Shown here one piece after another: positions 24,673-35,841 of a stretch of DNA of 64,000 nucleotides. Numbering within the stretch: the stretch's first letter is position 1; every line of letters starts with the position of its first letter. The translations under genes were made by a program, and so were the position numbers. The notes beneath the pieces are model-generated. The model saw only the letters and a list, made by a program, of their open reading frames with translations, did not search any database and was not told where the DNA came from. The DNA is taken from assembly GCA_016938655.1 (NCBI GenBank), contig JAFGUG010000067.1, positions 18,247 through 82,246 of the forward strand, given 5' to 3'. Origin of the DNA: Thiotrichales bacterium. Lineage in GTDB: Bacteria; Pseudomonadota; Gammaproteobacteria; Thiomicrospirales; Thiomicrospiraceae.

Positions 24673-24702
24673 TGGGGTGTTTCCTATTCTGTTAAGACTT
24701 CG

Positions 24703-25344
24703 TTATTTAGGCAAATCGTCTAATTGAATCTGCGCAAGCCCCTTCAGGGTTTTAGAAGTTGCTTCATTTTCAATAACGTTCTTAAACGCCTCTATGGCTG
24801 CTGTAATATCCGATTTCTCTAGAGCGATAACACCAAGCACATAATCAAACTGACTCTTCGCAGCTGAATTCAACTGACTCGTATTGATTTTACTCATAAC
24901 GCTTTGTGCTTCATCAAATTGTTTTTCATCGGCTAAAATTCTAGCCAAACGCATCATTGCGGTATCTTTTAAAGTTTTATCTGTCGAATGCGTATTCACC
25001 CACTCAAGGTGTTGTTTTGCTTCTTCAAACTCACCCTTAGAAAAACTGTATTTAGTAAGCAACATTGCAGCGGCAGAAGCGTAGGGACTCTCTGGCTGCT
25101 CTTGCATTAACTTTAAGGCTTCTCGCGATACCTCTCCGAACGTGCCTTGTTGCATATTCAACTGCATAACTTCAAACATAGAAGATGCATTAATGGCTTG
25201 AATTTGATTATGGTTAGTCCAATAACGCCAACCGGTAAAAGCGATAACAAAAACAAGCACTGAAGCTAATAAAGACGTGCCATTTTTTTTCCACCAAGCT
25301 TTGATCGCTTCTACTTGTTCTTCTTCTGTTTCATAACGACTCAT
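24703..25344 (-). CDS. yfgM: YfgM family TPR membrane protein
   Basis: YETEEEQVEAIKAWWKKNG, TM helix, RLARI; synteny. Confidence 0.92.
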   Translation of the reverse strand: MSRYETEEEQVEAIKAWWKKNGTSLLASVLVFVIAFTGWRYWTNHNQIQAINASSMFEVMQLNMQQGTFGEVSREALKLMQEQPESPYASAAAMLLTKYSFSKGEFEEAKQHLEWVNTHSTDKTLKDTAMMRLARILADEKQFDEAQSVMSKINTSQLNSAAKSQFDYVLGVIALEKSDITAAIEAFKNVIENEATSKTLKGLAQIQLDDLPK

Positions 25345-25382
25345 AACAATGAATTCCTACTCACTAACATTTAAATAATTAT

Positions 25383-26654
25383 TTAATTCAAGACGGCTTT
25401 AAGGTAAGCAGTTAACTGATCCCATTCAACCATTTTCTGTTCACCTTCGACTCGTAAAGATTTGACGGAAACCATTTGTTGATTTACCTCTTCCTCTCCA
25501 ATTACGATGGCAAAATCCGCGCCTGATTTATCGGCTTTTTTGAACTGGCTCTTGAAGCTACCGCCACCACAATTCATCTGAACATTAACATCTGTTATCT
25601 CATCTCGAATTTTCTCAGCTAAGACCATACCTGTTCGCTGAACATTTTCACCAACCATGACCATATAAATATCTGGCGATGAATGAGCTGGCACGAGTTG
25701 CTTATCCATCAACAAGGCCATTAATCGTTCCATGCCCATAGCAAAACCTACTGCTGGAGTAGATTTGCCGCCAATTTGCTCAACTAAACCATCATAACGC
25801 CCGCCAGCACAAACGGTACCTTGAGCCCCCAGTTCAGTCGTGACCCATTCGAATACCGTTCGATTGTAGTAATCTAACCCTCTCACTAAGTTTGGATTAA
25901 TGACATACTCAATCCCTAAGTCATCAAGATGTGTTTTTAACATTTCAAAATGTTCAATCGACTCTGAATCTAAGTGATCAATTAATTTGGGAGCCGCCTC
26001 AACCACCGTTTGCATTGCTGGATTCTTTGTATCCAGAATACGCAAAGGATTGCTTTCTAACCGACGTAAACTGTCCTCATCAAGCTGCTCTTTATGCTGA
26101 TTAAAATAGGCGATCAATACCTCGCGGTACGCTGCTCTGGCGTCTTTACTGCCTAAAGAGTTAATCTGTAACTCAAGCTTATCAAGCCCAAGCGTTTCCC
26201 AGAGTCTGGCAGATAACGCAATCAACTCAGCATCAATATCCGCACTGCTTAATCCAAAAACCTCTACACCAAATTGGTTAAACTGACGGTAGCGACCACG
26301 TTGTGGACGCTCGTAACGGAACATTGGGCCATTGTAATAAACTTTCTGAATTTGGTTATGCGTTAAGCCATTTTGAATCATCGCTCTAACACATCCCGCT
26401 GTTCCTTCTGGCCGCAGGGTCATACTTTCGCCGTTTCTGTCGTCAAAGGTATACATCTCTTTTTCAACAATATCGGTCACTTCACCGATAGATCGGGCAA
26501 ACAGTTCTGTCTTTTCAACAATCGGTAAACGTATTGATTGAAACCCATATTGTTTTAATGTTTTTTGGGCCGTATGTAAAAGAAAATCAAATGCTTCTAC
26601 ATCCGCACCATAAAGATCATTCATTCCTCGAATGGCTGAAATTTGTTTTGCCAT
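25383..26654 (-). CDS. hisS: Histidine--tRNA ligase
   Basis: LRPEGTA, FRYERPQRGRYRQF, LVRGLDYY and GGRYDGL motifs. Confidence 0.98.
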   Translation of the reverse strand: MAKQISAIRGMNDLYGADVEAFDFLLHTAQKTLKQYGFQSIRLPIVEKTELFARSIGEVTDIVEKEMYTFDDRNGESMTLRPEGTAGCVRAMIQNGLTHNQIQKVYYNGPMFRYERPQRGRYRQFNQFGVEVFGLSSADIDAELIALSARLWETLGLDKLELQINSLGSKDARAAYREVLIAYFNQHKEQLDEDSLRRLESNPLRILDTKNPAMQTVVEAAPKLIDHLDSESIEHFEMLKTHLDDLGIEYVINPNLVRGLDYYNRTVFEWVTTELGAQGTVCAGGRYDGLVEQIGGKSTPAVGFAMGMERLMALLMDKQLVPAHSSPDIYMVMVGENVQRTGMVLAEKIRDEITDVNVQMNCGGGSFKSQFKKADKSGADFAIVIGEEEVNQQMVSVKSLRVEGEQKMVEWDQLTAYLKAVLN

Positions 26655-26731
26655 ATTATTGTTCTAACTCTTATTTAGTGAACGTTTTATAAAAATGTGC
26701 TGCTTAATCAATATCACCAGACAATTTATGA

Positions 26732-27139
26732 CTAAGAATTTAAATCGAAATTCATTAACAGTAGGCTAGCCAAAATAACAACTACAATTAAAACCAGTAT
26801 AAATTTTACTGCGCCTCTTTTAAAAAAAGGCAAGGGTGCGGGGTAGTTATATCGACTCATTGACTTTAGCTCAGAACCTACGCTATCGCTCTCTGGAAAA
26901 GCTTCTTCATAAGAGTGTATGTCAACCTCTAAAAATTGAGCATAGTTGCGAACATACCCCCTTTCAAATGGGGTCATATTTTCAAGATCCAACAACTCGT
27001 TCTCTAATTTATTAAGTTGAGACATACGTAAATTTAAGCTATCCGCGACCTCTTCTAACGTAAGGTTTTTTTGCTCACGGGCCAAAATAAATTTTTCATT
27101 TAAAGGCTGGTCATTTGTGTCAATTTCTATCTCATTCAT
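26732..27139 (-). CDS. rodZ: Short RodZ-like protein (HTH + TM only)
   Basis: AREQKNLTLEEVADSL...RGYVRNYAQFL HTH, C-terminal TM helix; sits at the rodZ position. Confidence 0.75.
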   Translation of the reverse strand: MNEIEIDTNDQPLNEKFILAREQKNLTLEEVADSLNLRMSQLNKLENELLDLENMTPFERGYVRNYAQFLEVDIHSYEEAFPESDSVGSELKSMSRYNYPAPLPFFKRGAVKFILVLIVVVILASLLLMNFDLNS

Positions 27140-27153
27140 AAGAATGCCTTAAC

Positions 27154-28269
27154 CTAGAGTTGTTTAGCCAAATCGAATTGAACTCGATGCTGAGTTCGCT
27201 TAGTTCTATCGTTAACCTTGCCAGCCAACTGACCACAGGCTGCATCAATGTCTTCACCACGCGTTTTCCGTATTGTGCAATTAAGACCTGCCGCACTGAC
27301 AATATCTTTAAAACGATGAATGGCATTATTAGAAGAACGAATATAGTCCGTATTCGGAAACGGGTTAAACGGAATCAAGTTGATTTTGCAGGGTAAATCG
27401 CCAAGTAACTTGACCAACTCATGAGCATGCTCAACATGATCATTAACCTTATCCAACATCACGTATTCAACTGTTACATGTTTTTTACTGTGCCCACCTT
27501 CAACAAAGCGGTGTAAAGAAGGCATTAACTCTTCCAGTGGATATTTAATATTAATGGGTACCAAAACATCTCTTAATGCATTGTTTGGTGCATGCAAAGA
27601 AATTGCCAGACTGACATCGAGTTCTTCTTTAATTTTATCAATCGCTGGCACAATACCAGACGTACTGATAGTGACACGTCTCTTAGAAAGGCCGTAAGCA
27701 TAATCATCCATCAATATGCGTGCGGTTGGAAAAACATGCGCCACATTGAGTAATGGCTCCCCCATACCCATAAAGACAACGTTGGTAATTCGACGTTCTT
27801 CTTTTGGCTTACAGCCTAACGCCTTGTTGGCAACCCACATCTGAGCAATGATTTCCCAGCTCTCGAGATTACGGTTGAAACCCTGCTGACCTGTTGAGCA
27901 AAAAGTACACTCAAGGGCACATCCGACTTGAGAAGAGATACACAAGGTTCCACGATTCTTTTCGGGAATGTAAACGGCCTCTACACTGTTGTGATTATCA
28001 ACTTCAAGCAACCATTTTATGGTGCCATCATCTGAGAATTGTTCTGCCACAATTTTTGGCGTTCTAACTTGAGCAACGGCTTTTAAGTGCTCTCTCAGAG
28101 CCTTACTTAAATTAGTCATTTCATCAAAGTCACTTACACCATGTTGATGAATCCACTTCATAACCTGTGAAGCACGAAAAGGTTTTTCACCAATCTCAGT
28201 AAAATAGGCTTCCATGGACTTACGATCCATGCCTAATAAATCAACTTTGCTATCCAATACCATACTCAC
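27154..28269 (-). CDS. rlmN: 23S rRNA/tRNA m2A methyltransferase RlmN
   Basis: [24 protein letters not shown] and IDAACGQL motifs. Confidence 0.98.
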   Translation of the reverse strand: MSMVLDSKVDLLGMDRKSMEAYFTEIGEKPFRASQVMKWIHQHGVSDFDEMTNLSKALREHLKAVAQVRTPKIVAEQFSDDGTIKWLLEVDNHNSVEAVYIPEKNRGTLCISSQVGCALECTFCSTGQQGFNRNLESWEIIAQMWVANKALGCKPKEERRITNVVFMGMGEPLLNVAHVFPTARILMDDYAYGLSKRRVTISTSGIVPAIDKIKEELDVSLAISLHAPNNALRDVLVPINIKYPLEELMPSLHRFVEGGHSKKHVTVEYVMLDKVNDHVEHAHELVKLLGDLPCKINLIPFNPFPNTDYIRSSNNAIHRFKDIVSAAGLNCTIRKTRGEDIDAACGQLAGKVNDRTKRTQHRVQFDLAKQL

Positions 28270-28293
28270 TGCAGCTACTCTACTTTATAAAAC

Positions 28294-28716
28294 TTATGCT
28301 CGGTCGCAAAGTTCAGTTTGACTAAAAAAGTAACTTATTTCACGTGCGGCACTTTCAGGTGAATCAGAGCCGTGCGCTGAATTTTCACGAACTGAACGAG
28401 CAAAGTCTGCACGAATTGTCCCTGGAGCGGCTTTAGAAGGATCCGTGGCGCCCATGATTTCACGATTTTTAAGAATTGCATTCTCACCCTCTAAAACCTG
28501 AAGAATAACGGGGGCTGACATCATGTATGTAATTAGGGGTTCATAAAAATCGCGACCTTTATGCTCAGCATAAAAACCCTCTACTTCCGACTGATTTAAA
28601 CGCTTCATTTTAGAAGCAACAATGCGTAAACCATTATCTTCGAAACGCTGAGTAATCGCGCCAATTAAATTTCTTTCAATTGCATCTGGTTTAATTATTG
28701 AAAATGTACGTTCCAT
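28294..28716 (-). CDS. ndk: Nucleoside diphosphate kinase
   Basis: [18 protein letters not shown] and NSAHGSDS motifs. Confidence 0.98.
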   Translation of the reverse strand: MERTFSIIKPDAIERNLIGAITQRFEDNGLRIVASKMKRLNQSEVEGFYAEHKGRDFYEPLITYMMSAPVILQVLEGENAILKNREIMGATDPSKAAPGTIRADFARSVRENSAHGSDSPESAAREISYFFSQTELCDRA

Positions 28717-28781
28717 AGCCGAATCCCCTTAAAAAACAGTTGTCATATTCTATCAATTATTCAACCAAACTGCAGAAAAAC

Positions 28782-28805
28782 AAAACCCCGGAGCTAAGCC
28801 GGGGT
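28782..28805 (-). terminator. Terminator after iscA
   Basis: ACCCCGG-AGCTAAG-CCGGGGT with an A run on the plus-strand 5' side. Confidence 0.75.
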
Positions 28806-28854
28806 AATTGACAATCTTCGAAGGTTAATTAATGCCTAATTTAACTACTTTTGA

Positions 28855-29181
28855 TTAAACCGTGAACGACTCCCCACATCCACAGCTATCTTTAACCTTA
28901 GGATTTTTAAAATCAAACCCTTCATTCAATAAACTCTCTTTTACGTAGTCTATTTCCATGCCATCAATGTTACTTAAGCTTGAAGCGTCAACCACGACTT
29001 TCACGCCGTGGGATTCGAAAACACTATCCTCCGCTTCAATTTCATCGGCGTAGTCAACGACGTAAGAAAACCCTGCGCAACCGCTGACCTTAGTCGACAC
29101 TCTCAAACCTAACCCAGAACCTCGCTTTGCAATCATCGTATTAACGCGACTTGCTGCTGATTCAGTTAATGTTACGGCCAT
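28855..29181 (-). CDS. iscA: A-type Fe-S cluster carrier (IscA/SufA family)
   Basis: SGCAGFSY and CGCGESF motifs. Confidence 0.93.
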   Translation of the reverse strand: MAVTLTESAASRVNTMIAKRGSGLGLRVSTKVSGCAGFSYVVDYADEIEAEDSVFESHGVKVVVDASSLSNIDGMEIDYVKESLLNEGFDFKNPKVKDSCGCGESFTV

Positions 29182-29204
29182 TCAAATACTCCTAATTTAC
29201 ACGT

Positions 29205-29636
29205 TTAGCCAAAAGAAATTTCTTTGAGATTAGCGTGCTTTTGATCAATCAATGTTTGAAGTGTAATACTTTTCAAAAAAGTATCAATTAAATCACTTAA
29301 GTCTGTCCAAAGTTCGTGGGATAAGCACTCATCTCCTTTGTGACAGTTCGCTTTGCCGCCGCATTTTCTAGCATCAATCACTTCATCCACAGCATGAATA
29401 ATCTGACTGACCGTTACTTCATTTGCAGGACGACTCAAGCGATAACCACCACCTGGTCCACGAGCACTTGAAACCAATTCCGCACGCTTTAGCTTTGCAA
29501 AAAGCTGCTCAAGATATGAAAGCGAAATCCCTTGACGCTCTGAAATTAGGGACAATGTGATGGGACCTTTGTTTTGGTTGAGCGCTATATCAATCATGGC
29601 GGTCACTGCATAGCGCCCTTTAGATGTTAACTTCAT
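29205..29636 (-). CDS. iscR: Fe-S cluster regulator IscR (Rrf2 family)
   Basis: MKLTSKGRYAV, ISLSYLEQLF, RGPGGGY, C-x5-C-x5-C-x2-H ligand set. Start set at ATG 29636. Confidence 0.93.
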   Translation of the reverse strand: MKLTSKGRYAVTAMIDIALNQNKGPITLSLISERQGISLSYLEQLFAKLKRAELVSSARGPGGGYRLSRPANEVTVSQIIHAVDEVIDARKCGGKANCHKGDECLSHELWTDLSDLIDTFLKSITLQTLIDQKHANLKEISFG

Positions 29637-29680
29637 ACCTACACTTCCTACTGACAAAATAAATTACCAAGAAGTATATA

Positions 29681-29705
29681 ATAACCAACTTAATTACTCA
29701 AGTAT
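29681..29705. promoter_or_regulatory. IscR type-1 binding site (autoregulation)
   Basis: Minus strand ATACTTGAGTAATTAAGTTGGTTAT matches 21/25 positions of ATASYYGACTRWWWYAGTCRRSTAT, directly upstream of iscR. Confidence 0.75.
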
Positions 29706-29749
29706 TTCAATAAACAAAACTTATCACACCTATAGAATCATTAATTTCA

Positions 29750-30541
29750 TCAACTCTCAGACCTAACTTTCAAGTGCGCCGCTTGCTCAGGATCTCCAGG
29801 CTCTAAAACCGCATCATCCAATTTAGGCAGATGCATGTCAATATTTTCACCGCCTATTCTTTTGATCTCTTTTGCAAGACTCTCAAGCTTTTCATCTTGC
29901 GCTTGTATATGATCTAACAAGCTGTAAATAGCTTTCTCTACTGGATCAGCGGCATCCTGCTGAACGCCGTAAGCATCAAAACCAATTTTTTCCGCTATTT
30001 TAGCTCTTAGTTCACTCTCTTCTGGTTTCTTCTGCTCAACCACACGACCAGGAATCCCTACCACCGTTCGACCTTCAGGGACTTCTTTAATAACTACGGC
30101 ATTGGAGCCTATTCTGGCATCATCACCAATCAATATAGGACCCAGCACTTTAGCACCCGCACCAACGACAACGCGGTTGCCCAAAGTGGGGTGGCGCTTA
30201 CCTTTTTGCCAAGTTGTCCCACCCAATGTTACACCATGATAAAGTGTGCAATCATCACCAATCTCAGCGGTTTCTCCAATGACAACACCCATTCCGTGAT
30301 CGATAAAAAATCGCTCGCCGATTTTACAAGCTGGATGAATCTCAATCCCCGTTAACCATCGTGCCAACGTTGAAATGAGTCGTGCAATCCACTTCAAGTT
30401 TTTACCCCAAAACCAATGGGCTGCACGGTACCAAATAATGGCATGTAACCCAGGGTAAGTTGTGAGTACTTCAAAGGTATTTCTGGCGGCAGGATCACGT
30501 TCAAATACACAGTTAATATCAGACCTTAATCGCTTAAACAC
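29750..30541 (-). CDS. cysE: Serine O-acetyltransferase
   Basis: [26 protein letters not shown] and KRHPTL motifs. Confidence 0.97.
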   Translation of the reverse strand: MFKRLRSDINCVFERDPAARNTFEVLTTYPGLHAIIWYRAAHWFWGKNLKWIARLISTLARWLTGIEIHPACKIGERFFIDHGMGVVIGETAEIGDDCTLYHGVTLGGTTWQKGKRHPTLGNRVVVGAGAKVLGPILIGDDARIGSNAVVIKEVPEGRTVVGIPGRVVEQKKPEESELRAKIAEKIGFDAYGVQQDAADPVEKAIYSLLDHIQAQDEKLESLAKEIKRIGGENIDMHLPKLDDAVLEPGDPEQAAHLKVRSES

Positions 30542-30556
30542 TTATCTTTGTCCCTC

Positions 30557-31309
30557 TTATTGGTCTCTATTAGCTTGTTTTTGAGCGGCCGTTAGAATGC
30601 CACGCAAGATATCAACCTCTTTCACATCCAAGCGAGTTCGGTTAAACAGCCTGCGCATCCTTCTCATAAAACGAGCATTCTTTGCTGGATCTAGAAACTT
30701 TATGTCTTGCAACGCCTGAAATAGGTGCTCATAAAACCCTTCCAACTGATCTGCGGTTGCAAGGTCACTTGTATAGCCTTTGCTGTGCACCGATTGAATT
30801 TCGGTTGCCATTAAACATTCATAGGCAAAGACCTGAACGGCGGCACTTAAATTCAGAGAACTGTAAACTGGGTTGGTCGGAATGTGTGCTAGATAGTGAC
30901 ATTTATCCATCTCTGCATTACTCAAACCCGAGTCTTCACGGCCAAAAACCAAAGCAACCTCTCCATCGTCAACTGTTGTTAAGGCAAGCTCCGCTGTTTC
31001 TCTAACATTTAATTGTGGCCAAGCGACCTTGCGTAAACGGGCACTGGCACCAATGACCACTTTTGCACCCGCTACCGCTTCATCCAACGTTGCAACCACC
31101 CTTGCACCATCAAGCACATCACCTGCACTTGATGCACGCTGAGAAGCCACAATACTTGGAAACTCTTTTGGATTTACTAACACTAAATTACTTAAACCCA
31201 TATTTTTCATTGCACGAGCAACCCCACCTATATTACCGGGATGAGAGGTCTCAATTAATACAATTCGAATTTTTGATAGGCCTTCATGCAAAGCATAATC
31301 TTCAATCAT
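30557..31309 (-). CDS. trmJ: tRNA C32/U32 2'-O-methyltransferase TrmJ
   Basis: SHPGNIGGVARAMKNMG, VFGREDSGL and SSLNL SPOUT motifs. Confidence 0.93.
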   Translation of the reverse strand: MIEDYALHEGLSKIRIVLIETSHPGNIGGVARAMKNMGLSNLVLVNPKEFPSIVASQRASSAGDVLDGARVVATLDEAVAGAKVVIGASARLRKVAWPQLNVRETAELALTTVDDGEVALVFGREDSGLSNAEMDKCHYLAHIPTNPVYSSLNLSAAVQVFAYECLMATEIQSVHSKGYTSDLATADQLEGFYEHLFQALQDIKFLDPAKNARFMRRMRRLFNRTRLDVKEVDILRGILTAAQKQANRDQ

Positions 31310-31419
31310 TCTTATTTTCCGTTATAATTCTATTCCGCTCTATTTTAGCGGTTTGCTGATCATTTTATTGGTTATATGATCAACTTATCTCTTTGTCTAT
31401 ACCAAAACAGGAAAATGCC

Positions 31420-32223
31420 ATGCACCCTCTATTAAATGTCGCCACTATTGCTGCTCGAAGCGCTGGCAACCAAATTATGCAACACCTTGAAAACATTGAG
31501 CGATTAAATATCGAACAAAAAGGGATGAATGACTTTGTAAGCGAGGTAGACAAAGAAGCAGAACAAATCATCATACAAACCATTCAAAAATACTACCCTG
31601 ATCACGCCATCATGGCTGAAGAAAGCGGCGTAAGTGGTTCAAAAAAATCGGACTTTGAATGGATAATTGACCCACTTGATGGCACAACAAACTTTTTACA
31701 TAAATACCCACAGTTCTCAGTGTCTATTGCCATTAAAGAGAAAGGTAAATTAATGCACGGCGTGGTTTATGATCCAATTCGTGATGAAATGTTTTCTGCC
31801 ACACGTGGAGACGGTGCAAGATTAAACAATTACCGAATTCGCGTTAGTGAGCAGAAAACCTTAGAACACGCCTTACTGGGTACGGGTTTTCCGTATCACG
31901 ACTTTAGCTATATTGACAGCTACATGAGTAGCTTGAAAAGTTTCATGCAATCTACGGCTGGCATTCGTAGAGCGGGTTCAGCTGCTCTGGATTTGGCGTA
32001 TGTAGCGTGTGGACGCATTGATGGTTTTTGGGAATTTAACCTAAAGCCATGGGATATTGCAGCGGGCGCTTTAATCGCGCAAGAAGCTGGTGCATTTGCA
32101 ACCGACTTTAAAGGCGGTAACAACTACCTGTTGAGCGGTAACATTTTAGTTGCCAACCCAAAACTTTATAAGCATATGGTGCAAACTATCACTAAAACCA
32201 TCCCTGAAGAATTAAGAAATTAA
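31420..32223 (+). CDS. suhB: Inositol monophosphatase family protein SuhB
   Basis: WIIDPLDGTTNF, RRAGSAALDL and KPWDIAAG motifs. Start set at ATG 31420 (MHPLLNVA). Confidence 0.95.
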   Translation: MHPLLNVATIAARSAGNQIMQHLENIERLNIEQKGMNDFVSEVDKEAEQIIIQTIQKYYPDHAIMAEESGVSGSKKSDFEWIIDPLDGTTNFLHKYPQFSVSIAIKEKGKLMHGVVYDPIRDEMFSATRGDGARLNNYRIRVSEQKTLEHALLGTGFPYHDFSYIDSYMSSLKSFMQSTAGIRRAGSAALDLAYVACGRIDGFWEFNLKPWDIAAGALIAQEAGAFATDFKGGNNYLLSGNILVANPKLYKHMVQTITKTIPEELRN

Positions 32224-32240
32224 TTCAAATTCCTCAAAGT

Positions 32241-32726
32241 TTAAAGGGTGCAGGACATCAGAACTGCATCCTCCCTTACCTCTTCTTGAGTAAACAGCTC
32301 CTCGTTCCACTCTAAACTTCGATAGTAATTCTTTCTAACCCCATCCTTACTAAATGCATTTTGTGCATACAAACGCTGCGCCGCTTCGTTTGATTCGCGA
32401 ACTTCTAAAAAGATAATATTAAAGTTACTTGCTATCAACTTCTCTTTTAACTTTAAGAGTGCTGCCTTACCCACCCCTCTTTTTTGAAAATCTGGCGACA
32501 CACAAAAATTTAAAATGTGCGCTTCATCCAAAACAGGCAATAAGCAAACATAACCCAATGGGCTTCCCTGCTCTGAACAAAATATATAGTTCAAACCCTG
32601 ATTTAGGCTATTTTCAAACCCCTGAAGCGTCCAAGGAAACTGATAAGCACGGTCTTCAGTACTTAACACCCAAGGAAGATCTATCTCCTCCATAGGGCGA
32701 AGATAACTGAAAAGTGTATTAGACAT
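32241..32726 (-). CDS. rimI: Ribosomal protein S18 N-acetyltransferase
   Basis: FPW, DEAHILN, LEVRESN, RKNYY and EDAVLM motifs. Confidence 0.92.
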   Translation of the reverse strand: MSNTLFSYLRPMEEIDLPWVLSTEDRAYQFPWTLQGFENSLNQGLNYIFCSEQGSPLGYVCLLPVLDEAHILNFCVSPDFQKRGVGKAALLKLKEKLIASNFNIIFLEVRESNEAAQRLYAQNAFSKDGVRKNYYRSLEWNEELFTQEEVREDAVLMSCTL

Positions 32727-32732
32727 AAAAAT

Positions 32733-33332
32733 TTAAGCGGGACTTAAAAGAGGTAAAGCTGACTGGTAAAAGGACTGTTTAGCGTAAGGGTCAAACAACA
32801 TTTGCTCCAAAGACGGAATATGAATAACTTGCACACCTTCAGACAGCTGCTCTGAAATGGCATGCTCAGACTCCATTGAAAAAACCCACTCAACACCTAA
32901 GTCGATAATCTCTTCCATGGTTGTAAAAATTGCCTCTTCTGAAATAAGAGGGTCTGTATCAAAGTAACTTAATTGTTCTTCAGACAGACCAAATGCTTGG
33001 CAGATGTTTTGCAGTAACAACCATTCAGACTTGGTCTCATCCTCCCAAATCGAGTTTAACCCGGAACCCAAAAGTACAAATCCAATCTTATCTAAGGACA
33101 GGCCTGTTGAATTCGCAACTTCATCAGAAATAGAAGTGATCATTGTTGGCTCAGAGAGAACCTCAGCAGCGGCTAACTCAAATCCCTTTGTCTCAACAAC
33201 CACTTCAACATTTGGCGTTTCAGTAGAAGCTAAAGAGGCAAAGTCATTCCGTTGAAAGTAAGCAGGCCTGCTAACATACGTTGTGCCACCAACTTGTTGA
33301 AACAGACTGGTTGAGAGTTGGGTTTTTTTCAC
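32733..33332 (-). CDS. Acidic hypothetical protein upstream of rimI
   Basis: 199-aa ORF tightly packed between leuA and rimI; no motif recognised. Confidence 0.7.
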   Translation of the reverse strand: MKKTQLSTSLFQQVGGTTYVSRPAYFQRNDFASLASTETPNVEVVVETKGFELAAAEVLSEPTMITSISDEVANSTGLSLDKIGFVLLGSGLNSIWEDETKSEWLLLQNICQAFGLSEEQLSYFDTDPLISEEAIFTTMEEIIDLGVEWVFSMESEHAISEQLSEGVQVIHIPSLEQMLFDPYAKQSFYQSALPLLSPA

Positions 33333-33343
33333 AAAAAAATCAC

Positions 33344-34888
33344 TTACACATGCGCCTGCGGATGCGCCTTTTCATTTTTAGCTTTAAGTTTATTCAAAGC
33401 GTTAATGTAAGCTTTTGCAGAAGCAGTCACAATATCAGTGTCAGAACCTTGACCATTCACGATACGACCGGCCAACTCTAAACGTACTGACGTCTCACCC
33501 ATCGAATCCGTTCCGTTAGTGACGTTACTGACCGAATATAACTCCAGCGTTGAGCCTGAAGCAACTAACTTCTCAATGGCTTTGAAGGTTGCATCAACCA
33601 ACCCACTCCCCTCTGCCGAAGCCGAGGACTCCTCTCCTGCAATCCACAAAGTCACTTCGGCATGCGGTTTCTCACCTGTTTCAGACGCTGCTTTTAGCGA
33701 GACTAAACGGTAAGTTTCATTCTCAACTCTTTGTATCGCGTTATCGGTCACCAAAGACTGTAAATCTTCATCATAAATTTCGTGCTTACGGTCCGCTAAC
33801 TCTTTAAAACGGGCGAAGGCATCATTCAAGTCTTGCTCTGCATCAAATGTGATGCCCAGCTCTTCAAGACGCGTTCTAAAGGCATTCCGTCCTGAATGCT
33901 TCCCCAGCACCATTTTATTGGTGGTCCAACCCACATCTTCTGCACGCATAATTTCATAGGTTTCACGATGTTTTAGGACTCCATCCTGATGAATACCCGA
34001 CTCATGTGAAAAGGCATTTGCCCCGACAATTGCTTTGTTAGGCTGAACAGCAAACCCCGTAATACTAGAGACTAAGCGAGATGCCGGCAATATTTCTCGG
34101 GTGTTAATACGCGTATCAACATTAAAGATATCTTGGCGAGTCTTAACTGCCATTACCACTTCTTCAAGTGCAGTATTACCAGCACGCTCACCCAGACCAT
34201 TAATGGTGCACTCAACTTGACGGGCACCGTTACGAACGGCGGCCAAAGAGTTCGCCGCTGCCAAGCCCAAATCGTTATGACAATGCGCAGAAAAAATGGC
34301 TTTATCTGAATTCGGAATACGCTCAATTAAGTTTTTAAACAATAACCCGAACTGATGTGGCATGTTGTAACCGACCGTATCGGGAATGTTAATGGTCGTT
34401 GCCCCCGCATCAATGGCGGCCTCTATGACACGGCATAGAAAATCAAGTTCTGAACGACCCGCATCTTCGGGTGAAAACTCCACATTATCGGTAAAATCTC
34501 TTGCTCTTTTTACCGCCCAAACGGCACGTTCGACCACTTCATCAGGCGACATGCGTAACTTCTTTTCCATATGAATTGGCGATGTTGCAATAAACGTATG
34601 GATGCGACCTGAATTAGCAACTTTAATTGCTTCACCGGCACGAACAATATCATGCTCAACCGCTCTTGCTAATGCACAAACCGTACTGTCCTTTACAACC
34701 GAAGCCACGGCATGAACTGAATCAAAGTCTCCTTGACTTGCGGCAGGAAAGCCCGCCTCAATGACATCAACCTGAAGCTTCTCTAACTGCTTAGCGATTC
34801 GAACTTTTTCATCCTTGGTCATTGAAGCCCCTGGACTTTGCTCACCATCTCGTAAGGTCGTATCAAAAATAACTAAATGATCTTTCAT
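33344..34888 (-). CDS. leuA: 2-isopropylmalate synthase
   Basis: [26 protein letters not shown] and HESGIHQDG motifs. Confidence 0.98.
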   Translation of the reverse strand: MKDHLVIFDTTLRDGEQSPGASMTKDEKVRIAKQLEKLQVDVIEAGFPAASQGDFDSVHAVASVVKDSTVCALARAVEHDIVRAGEAIKVANSGRIHTFIATSPIHMEKKLRMSPDEVVERAVWAVKRARDFTDNVEFSPEDAGRSELDFLCRVIEAAIDAGATTINIPDTVGYNMPHQFGLLFKNLIERIPNSDKAIFSAHCHNDLGLAAANSLAAVRNGARQVECTINGLGERAGNTALEEVVMAVKTRQDIFNVDTRINTREILPASRLVSSITGFAVQPNKAIVGANAFSHESGIHQDGVLKHRETYEIMRAEDVGWTTNKMVLGKHSGRNAFRTRLEELGITFDAEQDLNDAFARFKELADRKHEIYDEDLQSLVTDNAIQRVENETYRLVSLKAASETGEKPHAEVTLWIAGEESSASAEGSGLVDATFKAIEKLVASGSTLELYSVSNVTNGTDSMGETSVRLELAGRIVNGQGSDTDIVTASAKAYINALNKLKAKNEKAHPQAHV

Positions 34889-34896
34889 AGCGTGGC

Positions 34897-35712
34897 TTAA
34901 ACCTTATCTTTCGTTTCTGGGTCAACGTTGGCTTCTGTTTCAACGCTGGTTTTTGGCTTTATTGAATCTTCGGCTTCTGCCCGTTTATTCTTTCTACGCA
35001 AACTACGCGATTTCTTTAGACCTAACAACGTCATAACAGGTCCTGAAATAGCATAAGCAATGAAAATTAAGAAAAGAAATAGCGCAGGTTTAATTGTGAT
35101 GATAACCAACACTAACACGACAATTAAAAGTGTAACGAACGGCACTTTGCCTTTTAAATTTAACTCCTTAAAGGAGCTAAAACGCACATTACTCACCATC
35201 ATAATGCCGGCAAAAAAGGTTAGCACAAGCGCAACTAAAGGCTCTAATCCAGTATTAAGATTATTACTTTCAGCCATCCAAACCAGGCCTGCTAACAATG
35301 CGGCGGCGGCGGGACTCGGCAACCCTTGAAAATAACGCTTATCCGCAATACCAACTTGCGTATTGAAGCGAGCCAGTCTTAAAGCCGCCGCCGCCGTGTA
35401 CACAAATGCAACAACCCAACCTAACTTGTCAAAGTCTTGCAACGCCCATTGATACAAAAGCAGTGCTGGTGCAAGACCAAAAGAGACCATATCTGCCAAA
35501 CTGTCATATTCAGCACCAAACGCACTACTTGAATTAGTCATACGCGCTACCCGACCATCTAAACCATCAAAAATCATGGCAACAAAGATCGCAATGGCAC
35601 CCGCTTCAAACTGCCCTTGCATACCGGCAATAACCGCATAAAACCCTGCGAAGAGGGCAATAGTGGTCATTAGGTTAGGCAGTAAATAAATGCCTCGTTC
35701 AAATGGTTTCAT
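34897..35712 (-). CDS. pssA: CDP-diacylglycerol--serine O-phosphatidyltransferase
   Basis: [16 protein letters not shown]...[17 protein letters not shown] and FQGLPSP motifs. Confidence 0.95.
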   Translation of the reverse strand: MKPFERGIYLLPNLMTTIALFAGFYAVIAGMQGQFEAGAIAIFVAMIFDGLDGRVARMTNSSSAFGAEYDSLADMVSFGLAPALLLYQWALQDFDKLGWVVAFVYTAAAALRLARFNTQVGIADKRYFQGLPSPAAAALLAGLVWMAESNNLNTGLEPLVALVLTFFAGIMMVSNVRFSSFKELNLKGKVPFVTLLIVVLVLVIITIKPALFLFLIFIAYAISGPVMTLLGLKKSRSLRRKNKRAEAEDSIKPKTSVETEANVDPETKDKV

Positions 35713-35841
35713 ATAAATAGGGTCTTGTTGTTAGTTGAATAGGGAATATATTCTATCAACATATTAGAAAGCTGCTAACAAATTATCAGCAGGCCTGCTG
35801 AAGCCGTGACTACTTTAGGCGACCTAAAAGCACACTCACAA

